NCBI GenBank assembly: GCA_048013815.1
Contig: CM106585.1
Location: 6,820,001-6,884,000 of the forward strand
Direction: 5' to 3'
Origin: Setoptus koraiensis
Lineage: Eukaryota > Animalia > Arthropoda
Length of the DNA: 64,000 bases
In this document: positions 12,861 through 23,894 of the stretch, piece by piece
How the letters are laid out: every line of letters begins with the position of its first letter
Position numbering within the stretch: position 1 is the stretch's first letter
Notes under the pieces: model-generated
Told to the model about the DNA's origin: nothing
The model's input: the letters and a program-made list of their open reading frames with translations, nothing else
Database searches by the model: none
Made by a program: the position numbers and the translations under genes

Positions 12861-15800
12861 AGGCTGCTGTACGGCAGCGGCAACAGCATTAGCTGGAGCG
12901 TTGTTGGCCGCATTAGCTGTGGTGCAACGACAGTAGGCCCAGCGTAGTGAAACCAAATGCGTCACCATTGCCACAGTCGTGTATAGATAGTCGGCGAACA
13001 GTCGTCGGTGATAGAATAGTACACTCTTATTTATGTAAGCAAATCATGTCATAATCGTGATTTGATGATTACATCAGATAGCAATGCTTGACGACACACA
13101 CGCACACACACACACACACAAAGCAGCCAGTTTGGCAGCAATCGCGCACAGGCTTACGCAACAACAACAAAATCAAAGAAAAGTCGCTGCAACTAAAAAA
13201 ATATATATTTGCCAATATATCACACAATTACATAATAATAACATTGCATTGCTTGGCATTGCGTGCCTGTGCGGCTATTATGTAATGTATGTTATGTAAG
13301 CGAGCGCGAGTGTGTGTGTGTGTTCACGTAAATGTCGTAACAGTTTATGCAAACAATGGCAACCGCTCACAAGTGCGCCTAATTGACTGTAAATCGCGCA
13401 CACCCGCGCCCAACGTAATCTGGCCACGTCGTCGAGCCAACACGTTGTTGGCCGCACACGTTGTATCCGCTGGCACGCCGCATGACATGCTGCAGTACAT
13501 GCCGTAATTGTGAAGCTGATGCTGTAATGCTGAAGCATGGCAATAATTCAATTGTGCGCCAGTGATTAACAAAATAAAAGCAAAATGGCAGCGACTTCCG
13601 GTTTCGCTAGCACGTGTGTCTGCATGCCAGGCAGGGTGTGTGTGTGTGCGTTGGCCGATTGGCGTCACGCTCGATTGTTGTTTTGCGACAAGGAGGGGAA
13701 AGAGTTTCGAGCTGATAGGGCCGCATCAATTGCACTGCGGATTGTTTGCAACTTGCAAATTGCAAGTGTGTGTGTGGCGTGGTTGAGCCAGTAAGTGTGT
13801 GTAATGGCTACCTTGAAATGGTAGCCGTTGCTGGCGTGTCACGGCCAACGACAACACTTCTGGCTGGCCCGTCGTAACAATGGACGACACAGTGAGAAGA
13901 GAGGAAAAACAGCAAAAATTTACATTGCCATTTCGGGCTGCTGTCCACTGTCGTGTGCGCGCCCCCCTGCGCGCACTGACAAGGCCACACTGGCGCACTG
14001 GCAGCACCCGGTCGGCCGGTCGGGCACAACACCCGGCCCGCGGGCCGGGTGCTGCACCGGTGGGCCCTGCCCGAAGCGCACTCCTTCTGCCTCGTGCCCG
14101 AGCGGCGCACGCGGGCACAGGGCGTAAAGACGGCCGCGTGCGCCGTGGCCGGAGCATTCGCCACCTCGCCGCACCACGCACTGCCCACTGCCGCAGTGGT
14201 ACCGCGCACGGCCGCAACAATACCGCGGCCTCATACCGCAGTGTATGCTATGGCACTGCCAATGGTAGCGTGCAGTGCGGCGACGGTGCACGGGCACAGG
14301 GCTGCGCGTGTGCCGCCTATAATCATTATAGTGTAATGCGCGCTCGGGCGCAACCGCACTGGCGCTGCCACAGCGCACAATGGCCGACCATCGGCGGCGT
14401 GCACCGTGCACAAGGGTCCGCCGAACTGGCCAAGACGGGCGAGAGAAGCGCGGCAAACAGTCTGGCCTTGCTGTCGCTGTTGGCGCTGCTGTTGCTGTTG
14501 TCGCTGTTGCTGTTGTCGCTGTTGCTGTTGTTGCGACTGGTCGGCATGTGTGCGGCCGATGCGGCGCGACGGTGGCGTCTTGCAGCGCTTGTGCGAACAC
14601 AATTTCATCATCGCCATCTGCACCACGCTTGCTCGCTCGTTCGCTCATTGGCTCGTTCGCTCGTCTCTGCCCCCTCCCCCCTCGCAGCCATAATAATGGG
14701 GTGCCCAGTTCGCCACAGTGAGCTGCACAAACAATCACGCATGCACACAATTTAAAGAGAGGAGGGGGGCACACGGGTGGGGCGACGCACTCACAGCTGC
14801 TGCTGCAACGGCGAGCTCGAGTTCGATTGGTGCAGCCAGCGACTGTGTGTGTGTGTGTGTGTGTGTGCTCGCAAGAGTGTGTGTTCGCAAGAGTGTGTGT
14901 GCGCCACAGAAAAAGGAGAGCAAACTGCATGCGAATCGCACCGTGCACCGTAGCATCGGGCTGGCCAGGCCCGAGTGGGCCAGCACGGGCCGCCGCGAGC
15001 GGCACGCAAACACAAAACGTCGCCTTGCGCCACCCGCCTGCCTTGCCTGCGTGTGTTTCGGCCGGCACACGCTGGCACGGCGGTATGCGGCGCGGCGTGT
15101 GCCCGCGCACAAACTGTGCCCGTCCGTCGCCAGCCATTGGTGTTGCCAGCAAGAGACTTTTAACTCGCAAGTTGTGTACAGTGTGTTGTCAGGGCATCGT
15201 AGTGCTGCCGAGCACGGCGCACGGCCGGCCAGCCTTGCCAGTGCTGGCCGGCCCAAGCTGATGTGAACACCCTGCATACATGTGTGTGCTGATTAATTTG
15301 CGATGCAACGACAGCACACACACACACACACACTCGCCGAACTTGAGCGACTTGCGAAGAAGAAGAAGAAAAAAGAAGAAAAAGAATGCGATTTAAATTT
15401 GGCGCTCGTTCGTGTGCCTTCCCCCGTCCCAAGTGGATTTCACTTGAGTGTATCAGTTTGTTGCAGGGTGCACGGCTCATTCGTCGCTGCCATTCGAGCA
15501 CAATGCTGGGCGCACAAGCACAGACAGTGCCCATTCGCTGTGTGTGCACCACTCTGTCGCACTAGCTCACCTGAGCAAATAGACGTGGGAAACACTGCAC
15601 CAAATGCGCTCGCAATCTCCCCCAGGCACCAACTGTGCCAGTCGAGCGGGCACAGTTCGGTTGAGCTGCCTAGAGTGCGCATAAAGCATTTTGCAAATGG
15701 TCTGGCAGGGCGGCGCTGCACGGCATTCTCTGTGTGACCGAGCCAGGAGCAGCGCCTCTGGTGGCCGCTCCAGATGGCCATTGGTTGCACAGTGAAAAAA

Positions 15801-15954
15801 TCTCACCCAACATGCAATGTTTTTGTGCACCAAATGCACTGCCAAACCCTGGCCAGCATAAACAGTTTAAATGTAAAGAGTTTACCTTTACACCCTGTAT
15901 GTTTATCTCAACTCTCTATGCACACTCTTTGCGCTAGTAAGGCACTGTGATATC

Positions 15955-16160
15955 ACTGTACTACTACTGCTGATATTGCAACTACTACTACTATATCTAT
16001 TGCACTACTACTACTATTACTTCTACTACACTATTATTATTATTATTATCATTATTATTATTATTACTATATTAACAATATTATTATTATTATCATCATC
16101 AGCATCATTACACACTCACACTTATATTATTAATATTATTACTATTATTTAATCATATAT
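15955..16160. repeat. (TAC)n/(TAT)n/(CAT)n low-complexity tract, almost devoid of G on the + strand
   Basis: Trinucleotide runs lie immediately upstream of the TMEM131 ATG. Confidence 0.9.
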
Positions 16161-16165
16161 AATTA

Positions 16166-18508
16166 ATGGACTTAACACGCTTCTTCATGGCTATCTCGCT
16201 TATTCTTATCTATGTGATACATAAGCTAGTTGGCCTAGCTCATCAGGCGTCGCCCACGAATCTCAAGCCCAAATTTGACGATATGGATATTAAACATCTC
16301 TCATTTGAAGATCAGCTACAATTTATTGATCAGGGAGACACTATTGCTCCTATATCCTTCTCAGTATTCTCATTTGAGCTCAATGAGCGCCAAGGCTGTC
16401 TCGGTACAGGTAACTACACTGTGATGCGAACATTTCTCGCCATTAATACTGGACAGATGGTTATGAGGGTCAGGGGTTTTCGTATGGGATCGTCGCCAAC
16501 AAGTCTAGCCCATGATTATACAACAACAACAACCACCACCACTACTACTACAACAACCACCAATAGTAACAGCAACAACAAAAATAACAATAATAAGGCC
16601 ACAAATAATAAAGCGGCCACCAATGCCGCTGGTAGTAGTGATGCTTCGGGTAACGATCGTGGTGGCGGCGGCGGAGGTGGCGGCGGCGGTGAAGGAGCCC
16701 AAGGCGGCCCCACCACCACCACAACAACCAGCTCCAGTAGCAGTAGTAACACCGTTGCCGCTAATTATAGCACGGCTACTGCCCAGCACACATTTGATCA
16801 ACAGCGGAATCTGTGTCACGGTTATGGCTTTACCATTTATGATTGTGAACCGTTCGATTTAAAACCCAGACATGCACACGAAATTAGGATTGCTTTCACT
16901 CCAGACTTTACCTTGACCAACACTATTGTCTCATTGACCATATTTACCAATGTTAGTGAAGGTTTTAAATATGCTCTTATGGCAACAGTACCAAGAGACT
17001 TATTAGTGGCGTGTAATCACTCATTGCCTAGGCCTGAGTGGGAAACAACAATGCATCATATACTCGCCATTGGCATGGTCTTAATGATATCATGCTCAAT
17101 ATTTATGGCCTATTTAGAAGCTAAGATTTATTTAAAACGCGAACGTCAATCATTTCAGAAAAGGCGCGACTCTTCCACTAGCTACAAGAGCCTATGCAGT
17201 ATTAACAATAATCAGAATGGTTGCTCAGAAACTAACAATAATAATATCAGTCATGTTGATAATCAATCAGATTGTAATTCTATTGATAATAATAGTCATA
17301 GTCAGCAAGTAGCAAATAGTGGTCAAGCTAACAAGAAGTCTAATAATAGAAAAGGTAGCGTTGTAAATGAAAAATCATCATCATTAAATAACCATAGTAA
17401 CCTTAGTAAATCAGGAGCATCGTCAAATGCTGAGCGCAGAACAAAATCGGACTTTTCAAATGCCCCAATCTTTAAGAACTTAACTAATGTTATTGCATCA
17501 CCGCCACCTCCACTACCATCATTTGATTGTGATTTCGATGAATTTGATTTTAAGAAATCTAAAAGTGCCAAAAAATCGACAAAAAAATCAAACTCTCTCA
17601 GCGGCAGTATAGCAGGCAACGATGACACCTCATCTAATGGCTCACAAACCAATGGATCAAACGGTAAATCGGCCAAAAACAACAAGAACAACTGCCAATC
17701 GCAAAAGACACACAATGGAGCAAGAGATGGTAAAACATCGTCTAATCGATCAGCCAATCAATCTCCCTCTTTGCAGCAACAACAAAACAGTGGCAGCGAC
17801 ATCCTGAACAAAGCTAGTGAATCTCAACAACTAACTAATAATTTCAACAACTTCAAGTCTATCAGCTCTAATAATCAAACCACATCAAAGTCATCTCGCT
17901 CATACTCTAATGGATACTCATCATCGGCTATAAATAATTTTCAAGCTCATAACAACCCATTGTCGGCTAACGGTAGTAAATATTGGAGCAATGACATGGC
18001 AAGATTCACAGGTTTAGTAGAAATAAACAATGGTTCGGTGTCCCCAGCACAAAACGTGAAATATGTACCTACAACTGTTCCTACGAGTTGCAGCTCAGTT
18101 TTGGACAATGAATTAGACCATCTACGAGCAACTTCCAGCCCTTGGAATAGTTCATTATCCGCTATAGACCAGATGAGCAGCACACCGGCGAGCGTAGATA
18201 GAGTGCCTATTGCCTCTACAAAGGCACCGCTTAGACCTTGTTTTGAGGCCTTTAGTAGGTCAGACACGGATCATACACTTGCTTCTTCTGCCAGTGCCGA
18301 TCATAGTGATCTAGCTCATGATGGGGAAGAAGTTCTCAAGCTTGCAGGTTACAACAGCGCCTTTTCTGTTCCTTCTGGTTTGGCATCTTCACCCCCAAAC
18401 ACTAGTAACGGATTCAGTGTGTCTAATGCACCGACAGACCAGTTCAACTTATTTGGGCCTGATTCTGGACCTAATTGGATTGGATGGGTCAACCGACAAA
18501 AAACTTAG
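16166..18508 (+). CDS. TMEM131: TMEM131-like type I membrane protein, short form (780 aa): signal peptide, one Ig-like lumenal domain, TM helix, Ser/Asn-rich cytoplasmic tail
   Basis: Motifs RTFLAINTGQ, LCHGYGF, IAFTPDFT, LPRPEWE and the TM ending MAYLEA match the juxtamembrane domain of TMEM131 (RTFKVENTGQ, CEGYGF, FTPDFT, LPRPNWE, TAYLEA). The N-terminus is hydrophobic and an in-frame TAA lies just upstream of the ATG. Confidence 0.85.
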   Translation: MDLTRFFMAISLILIYVIHKLVGLAHQASPTNLKPKFDDMDIKHLSFEDQLQFIDQGDTIAPISFSVFSFELNERQGCLGTGNYTVMRTFLAINTGQMVMRVRGFRMGSSPTSLAHDYTTTTTTTTTTTTTTNSNSNNKNNNNKATNNKAATNAAGSSDASGNDRGGGGGGGGGGEGAQGGPTTTTTTSSSSSSNTVAANYSTATAQHTFDQQRNLCHGYGFTIYDCEPFDLKPRHAHEIRIAFTPDFTLTNTIVSLTIFTNVSEGFKYALMATVPRDLLVACNHSLPRPEWETTMHHILAIGMVLMISCSIFMAYLEAKIYLKRERQSFQKRRDSSTSYKSLCSINNNQNGCSETNNNNISHVDNQSDCNSIDNNSHSQQVANSGQANKKSNNRKGSVVNEKSSSLNNHSNLSKSGASSNAERRTKSDFSNAPIFKNLTNVIASPPPPLPSFDCDFDEFDFKKSKSAKKSTKKSNSLSGSIAGNDDTSSNGSQTNGSNGKSAKNNKNNCQSQKTHNGARDGKTSSNRSANQSPSLQQQQNSGSDILNKASESQQLTNNFNNFKSISSNNQTTSKSSRSYSNGYSSSAINNFQAHNNPLSANGSKYWSNDMARFTGLVEINNGSVSPAQNVKYVPTTVPTSCSSVLDNELDHLRATSSPWNSSLSAIDQMSSTPASVDRVPIASTKAPLRPCFEAFSRSDTDHTLASSASADHSDLAHDGEEVLKLAGYNSAFSVPSGLASSPPNTSNGFSVSNAPTDQFNLFGPDSGPNWIGWVNRQKT

Positions 18509-18941
18509 ACAATTCGTTCAACTCCAAGCGAACTTTGCTATGTCATAATAATGGAGTTCTCGCCCTATTTATCAAAGTTAAATAGTAATTCATCAACGAT
18601 AGCTTTCTTTACGGCGTTGACTGCACCGTTGATCAAAACATGTGGAGATTGCAGTGAAAATGAACATCGTAAAATTAAAATCTTCCCAATAAAATCTTCA
18701 ATCTACTGAAGTTGATTAGAGCAAGACTACTAAGTTAATATTTTCATCTCTCATTCACTTTATAAGTTTAGCTGGTTATTTTTTTGCTTTTATTTTGTCA
18801 TCTTTCATTATAATATATATATATTGGTACTTCCTTTGATATTTATTTTAGTTTAATAAATAATCTTTACGATTGCTCTTATAGGTGCCGGCGTGTCATT
18901 GCATCGTCTAAATGCGTCTAGGATCAACCTGGAAAACTAAT

Positions 18942-19611
18942 CTAAGCCTTTCTTCCTCTTGGTTTCGCTCCATGACGAAGTCTTCTTCTGATTGCCGTTC
19001 TAGTAGGAGGCTTTCTTCTCGGATTCAATTTTGGAGGTTGACGACTAGCTCTCCTTTTTCTCCTTGGACCTATTTGAACAAATAAGTGGATCAATTATTC
19101 ATCTCCAAATGGTTTAAGATCTGACTTGGCCAGATGAAAACTTTTCTTGTACGGTGTACTTACCTGATCTTAGATCAGCAGTTTTTTGGTCTATATCTAG
19201 ATCATCTTCAAGATCCGTTGATTTTCTCTGGATGGTTGCTTCGTCGTCAAATCTATTTGCAGTGGGCTCAGCAGAAGCTCTTCCAGCACCAGTATGGTCG
19301 CTAGCGGTGCCTCTGCCGGTCATAAGGTCTGATTCTGGCGTTGAGTCGTCATTTTGCATTCTTTTGCCGTTCTTCTTGAAAGTTCCCATGAAATCATTAA
19401 ACTGCTGACCGTCTCTCATTGAAGTCATTGGCTTGTATAGTAAGCTGTTTCGCTCGTAAAGATTTGGAGCATCTTTAAAGATGTTCGTCAAAAATGAATG
19501 AATTTCCGAATTTATAATTGATGGTCCCAAAATCGATGCACCGATTGTTGGAGATATAACATAGGATATGGCATGCACAGATATTAAAAAGAGGAATATT
19601 AGCCTCGACAT
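18942..19611 (-). CDS. Orphan secreted protein, 2 exons: complement(join(18942..19069,19164..19611)), ~191 aa, with an Arg/Lys-rich C-terminus
   Basis: Signal-peptide-like start MSRLIFLFLISVHAISYV. CAG|GTAAGT donor at 19163 and TAG acceptor at 19070; exon 2 is in frame and reads GPRRKRRASRQPPKLNPRRKPPTRTAIRRRLRHGAKPRGRKA*. Confidence 0.7.
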
Positions 19612-20054
19612 GATTCGCTGAAGCAATAGTTTTGGCGCCCAATGAAACTCTCAGATTTGCGAACTGTATAGGTGATTTGTTGCTGCAAAATAATTGTCGA
19701 TTGCTGTCAGTGAAAAGTGGCTATGATTTCTAGTTCTCGACTTATAATGTTGCTATTACTGCGGAAACGAACTTTACTGTTAGACATCGTCGAATCAATC
19801 ACTTGCTCTCTATTTGTATATCTAGTCTAAAGCTAGCTAACTAATTAGAGATCTAGATTTACTTTTGTGTATTGTTTGCATTTGACACACAATAAGGAAG
19901 TGTCCTTGTTGCCTGTCTACTTTCCGTAAGGCAAACAACTGTTGTTGAACGATGAAACACTTTGCCCTCATTGATTGAATAGATCTAATGGCACTTAACT
20001 ATGACTAAGGCGATAATTTAGTCATCGTAATTGTAATAGCTTATGTCTTCTTAC

Positions 20055-23000
20055 CTTCACAATCAAAGGAATTCCACCAGACGCAAACAGACGATGTTTG
20101 GCTGAAAATAGTACCGTTGGGACACCTACGTGATAAAATGTGAGATATTTAGATCAGAATAGATTGTTTTGATGGTGATGGTTATATAGTAAACAAATAG
20201 AACATGTTAAGATAACAGTGAAAATATGTCAATTATGATTCTGGTAAACAAAAGTTACATAAGTGCACTGTTAGCCAAAAGAAGAGAGACACTGTTGATT
20301 TTGCGACTGGCATACGAATAATTGGAGGCGTTATCAATAGATCACTCTGCAAATAATCGTCTGCAAATAATCGCGAAAAAGCCAAGCACTGCATAACGGT
20401 AAGACGACAGCCCACTGGAAAGCTGCAAAAATGGAGTTGGTCAAGTGTCACTTACAAGAAACTGTCCTGCCTTCCGTCGGCCTGACAAACGTGGAAAACC
20501 TGAATAACGCGATGGTATGAGTGAACCGTTAGTAAATAAACTGTTCATTTTGCGTATTGACATGTAAAATGTATGTAAAATGTGTCGGTCACTCACCTGG
20601 CAGCGCGCCTCAACATCGGCGTAATATCCGGGATACTTTTGGTCTCTACAGTTGAATTTGGTTTTGGGCACCTGCCAAAGGATCGGATAATCAACATTTG
20701 GCTCGCCCGGAATGGCGTCTTGCAACCACTTGATTGTGTCGTGATGACTGTGATGGCCGTGATGATCGCAATGGCTGTCAGCGTCATGATGGTCGTAATT
20801 GTGCTCATCATGATGATCCTCACTATTGCCGGGCTTGTCTTTGGGCATGTGATGCCCGTCAGCGACTGGTTGGTCGTCGGCGTCATTTGGACGCTTCTTG
20901 TTGCCGAAATTGTTCAAATCTTTGCCCTGGTCCATTGGCTTGCCCTCTGGCAAGTGATCATCGTCGACTGCCTGACCACCAGTGACTCTTTTGCCGTTAC
21001 TTGTGTTGTCTACCATTCCGAAATTAGAGGAATCAACTTTGTCGCCGGCTGTCAGCGGCTTGTCAGCGCGACCGGTGTCGTGTTTGTCTTTATCATCAAC
21101 TTCATCGCCGCTATTAGATTTCTCCAGCGATCTGTCTTGGGTGTCGTTGTCGCTGTTGTTGTTGTCGGTGTCGTTGTTGTTGCTGTTGCTGTCGCTGTTG
21201 TTGTCGCTGTTGCCGTTGCTGAAATTGCCGTCTTGCTCTTGCTCATCCATTCTAGTCTTATCTGAATCGGTGCCAACTGTATCAGTTGTATCGTTGTCCT
21301 TGCCGTTGCCAAAGTCGCTCTCTGCACTTCTATCCATGCCCGCCACTGAATCATCCATGCCAGTGGCAGCTCCGATGCCGGCGCCCACGCCGGCGCTTGC
21401 ATCGCCGCCCGTCGTCTTGTCACCTTGAGCGTCTGACGTGTGACTGAGATCTGGTGACAAAGAATCGTCTTCGTTGTTGCGATCACCGTTGTTCATCGCC
21501 GTTGTTGGCGCATCGTCGTCGTTGTTGTTGCTGTTGTTGTTGTTGCCTTGAGATTGCTCGCGGTCTCGGCGTGCCGCCCGGCCTTGATCGCCATCGATCC
21601 TCTCGTCGCTGTCAGCAACATCGTCGGCAATGGCGTCCCCTTGACGGTTAGCGGTGCTTGTCGGCGTGCGCTCGTCGGCTTGGTTGGCCTCGTCAAAATT
21701 GGGCTTGGGCTCGCCCACGTCGTCTATTCTGTCTGCATTTGTGTTCTGGCCATCGTCAAAATATTCTGGATCGTCGTCGACTCCGTCATATTTTGGCTCC
21801 ACGCTAACCACTTCCGGATTGTCGCCGTCCAACGGCGGCTCGCCTGTCTTGTTGTCGCGATCTGGCAGCGCGTTGCCAGCCTGCTCGTCGGCCTGTTCGT
21901 CGTCGTCGACGGTGTTGTCTCTGTGTCGCTTCGCGCCCGAATAGAAGGGGCTCTTGCGACTGGCCCCGGCCGAGCCTCCCTTGGTGGCGCCACCTTTGGT
22001 TGCGCCCACTGCGTCGTTCGCCATCGTCATCTTGTCCTGTGGCCGGCTCGCGATCTCGTCTTCGTCCACTGACTTTTTGTTGCTGCCACTGTCGCCCTGC
22101 TGCTCTGGCTGCTGCTGCTGATATCGGCCGTATTTCAGCGCGTTCATATGATACAAACGATTGTTTCTGTTCAGCTTGCGCTTCATCAGCGACATCCTCG
22201 ACGGCTTGCCTCTCGCTCTGCTGAGCCGGCCCGATTTCCGGTGCCGTCTGGCGCTGCCAGCAAGCGAGCCGGATGTGGCTCGCTTGTTCGTCTGTTGTTG
22301 TTGCGATTTGCTTCGTCTTCTTCGTTTTTTAAGCGATCGGCTGGCCATGCTGATCATTTTTCTCTTTTGGGCCAGCGACAATTGTTGGCGCTTTCTCCGC
22401 CGGCTGCTGCTGCCGCTCGTTTGTTGTTTCTGTAGCAGCGCCTTGCCGGCCAATTGGTCGGCCTTTTTCTTCCTCTTCAGCTTGGTCTGTTTCTTGTGAT
22501 GGTGGCTCGTGGTGGACGTCGACTCCACCTGAATCTCGCTGTAGTCAACATTGGACTGTGCTGTGGCCGCCGGCCGACCCATCACCAACGAACTGGACGA
22601 GGTGGACAGATTGTCCGCGTTGGGGCCCTTGCTGGCGCGCACTATTCGCGGCCGTACCGCGTACGCGGCCAGAAAGGGCACGTTGTTTTGCATTCGGCTT
22701 ATGATGTCAGGACTGAGCTCGTCGACGTCCGACGTTGTGGACGCCGTCCACACCTGATGAATTCTCGCCGGCTCGCTCACCTGATCCGCCGTTGCGAGCT
22801 GCTGCTGCTGCTGTCTCGTCTGTTTTTCTGGCTGCTGCTGGCCGCCGCCAGTGACAGCCAGCGTCGATTGGGGCGCCGTCACAGAGGCCACATTGACGTT
22901 GGAGGACGAGTCCTCCAGATCGTTGAGGCCGTCGCCGCCGCTCGACTTGGCCTCTGTTTTGTCGTGTTCGCGCTGCGCGCGATTCAATTCGGATTTGATT

Positions 23001-23894
23001 TGGAATTGATTCGGATTTGATTGGAATTTGGAGCATGGGCAGTGAGAACATTACGTATTAGAGCTTTGCGTACCCGATAATTGCGACACTCGATTCTGAT
23101 GCCGTCATACTTACCGCCAGATCGGCCAATAGGTCCTCGTCGTCGACGTGGGCCCCTGTTTGCTTGTGGCTGGAGCTGTTGGTCAGGGAGGACACCGCAT
23201 CCACGAGGTCCGCGTCATCGGCAGACGAACTGCTGGTGCTTGCAATTGTCTGGTTCATTGAATGCGAGCTGCTGTTGTTGTTGCTGTCTGCATTGGCACT
23301 GGCGTTGCCGGAATCGCTCAGCGCCTCTTGTTGTTGTCTGATGTTGGGAGATATTGTTGTTGTGAGTATGTTGTGCGTTTCGGGCGCCCAACTGAGGTCG
23401 CCGGCATCGCGAGCTGGCGTCTCATCGCTGCTTGACGCTTCTTCGGTGCGATTGCCGCTGTCCATCACTGTGCTATTGACAGTGCTATCGGGCGACTGGG
23501 TGACACTGTCCACGGGAGGCTCCTCAGACACAGTGCTGCTGTCGGGCGCCTCGTCTTTTGTGGGCGCCTCTTGGGCAGTTGCGTCGCTTGTCGACTCGAG
23601 TGTCGACTCGGTGGCCGGCTCAAGTGTCGGCTCCAGTGTCGGCTCAGGCGGCACTGGGGCGCCGCTCGAGTTTAAAGCTACCGGATTGCTGGTGGTTGTT
23701 GCAGTGGCATTGTTGAGGTTCACGTCGACGGTTGCCGCGGTGTTGTTTGTGTCAGTGACGCTCGACGCGGCGATCGCCATATTGAGGTAGAGAACAAACA
23801 GGGCAACCAGAATTGTGTTTTTGCTGAGCACAGTTGCTTTGTTGCCGGTGGAGCCCCTCGGCAGCAAATTGCCCAAATTGACAGGCGATGTCAT
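20055..23894 (-). CDS. Large secreted chitin-binding protein (one C-terminal CBM14/ChtBD2 domain, CPAP1-like). Exons: complement(join(20055..20125,20456..20499,20597..22972,23115..23894)) plus an unresolved last exon below 20055
   Basis: The spliced sequence reads IPGEPNVDYPI..KTKFNC..YPGYYADVEARCQ|VFHVCQADGRQDSFL|CPNGTIFSQTSSVCVWWNSLDCE, a 6-Cys ChtBD2. Donors at 23114, 20596, 20455 and 20054 are canonical GT(A/G)AG and all join in frame. The N-terminal hydrophobic segment is TILVALFVLYLNMAIAA. The acceptor at 22973 is less certain. Confidence 0.85.

Noticed and set aside
13726-15277. Long overlapping ORFs (291 aa +, 416 aa -, and others) in the GC-rich block
   Set aside because: All frames are open because of GC richness and CA/TG repeats. 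The translations are Ala/Arg/Cys/His-rich without motifs, and both strands are equally open.
16505-16862. Short ORFs overlapping the TMEM131 homopolymer insertion
   Set aside because: Alternative-frame readings of trinucleotide repeats.
20582-23790. Plus-strand ORFs of 95-227 aa opposite the chitin-binding gene
   Set aside because: Antisense shadows of low-complexity coding sequence.
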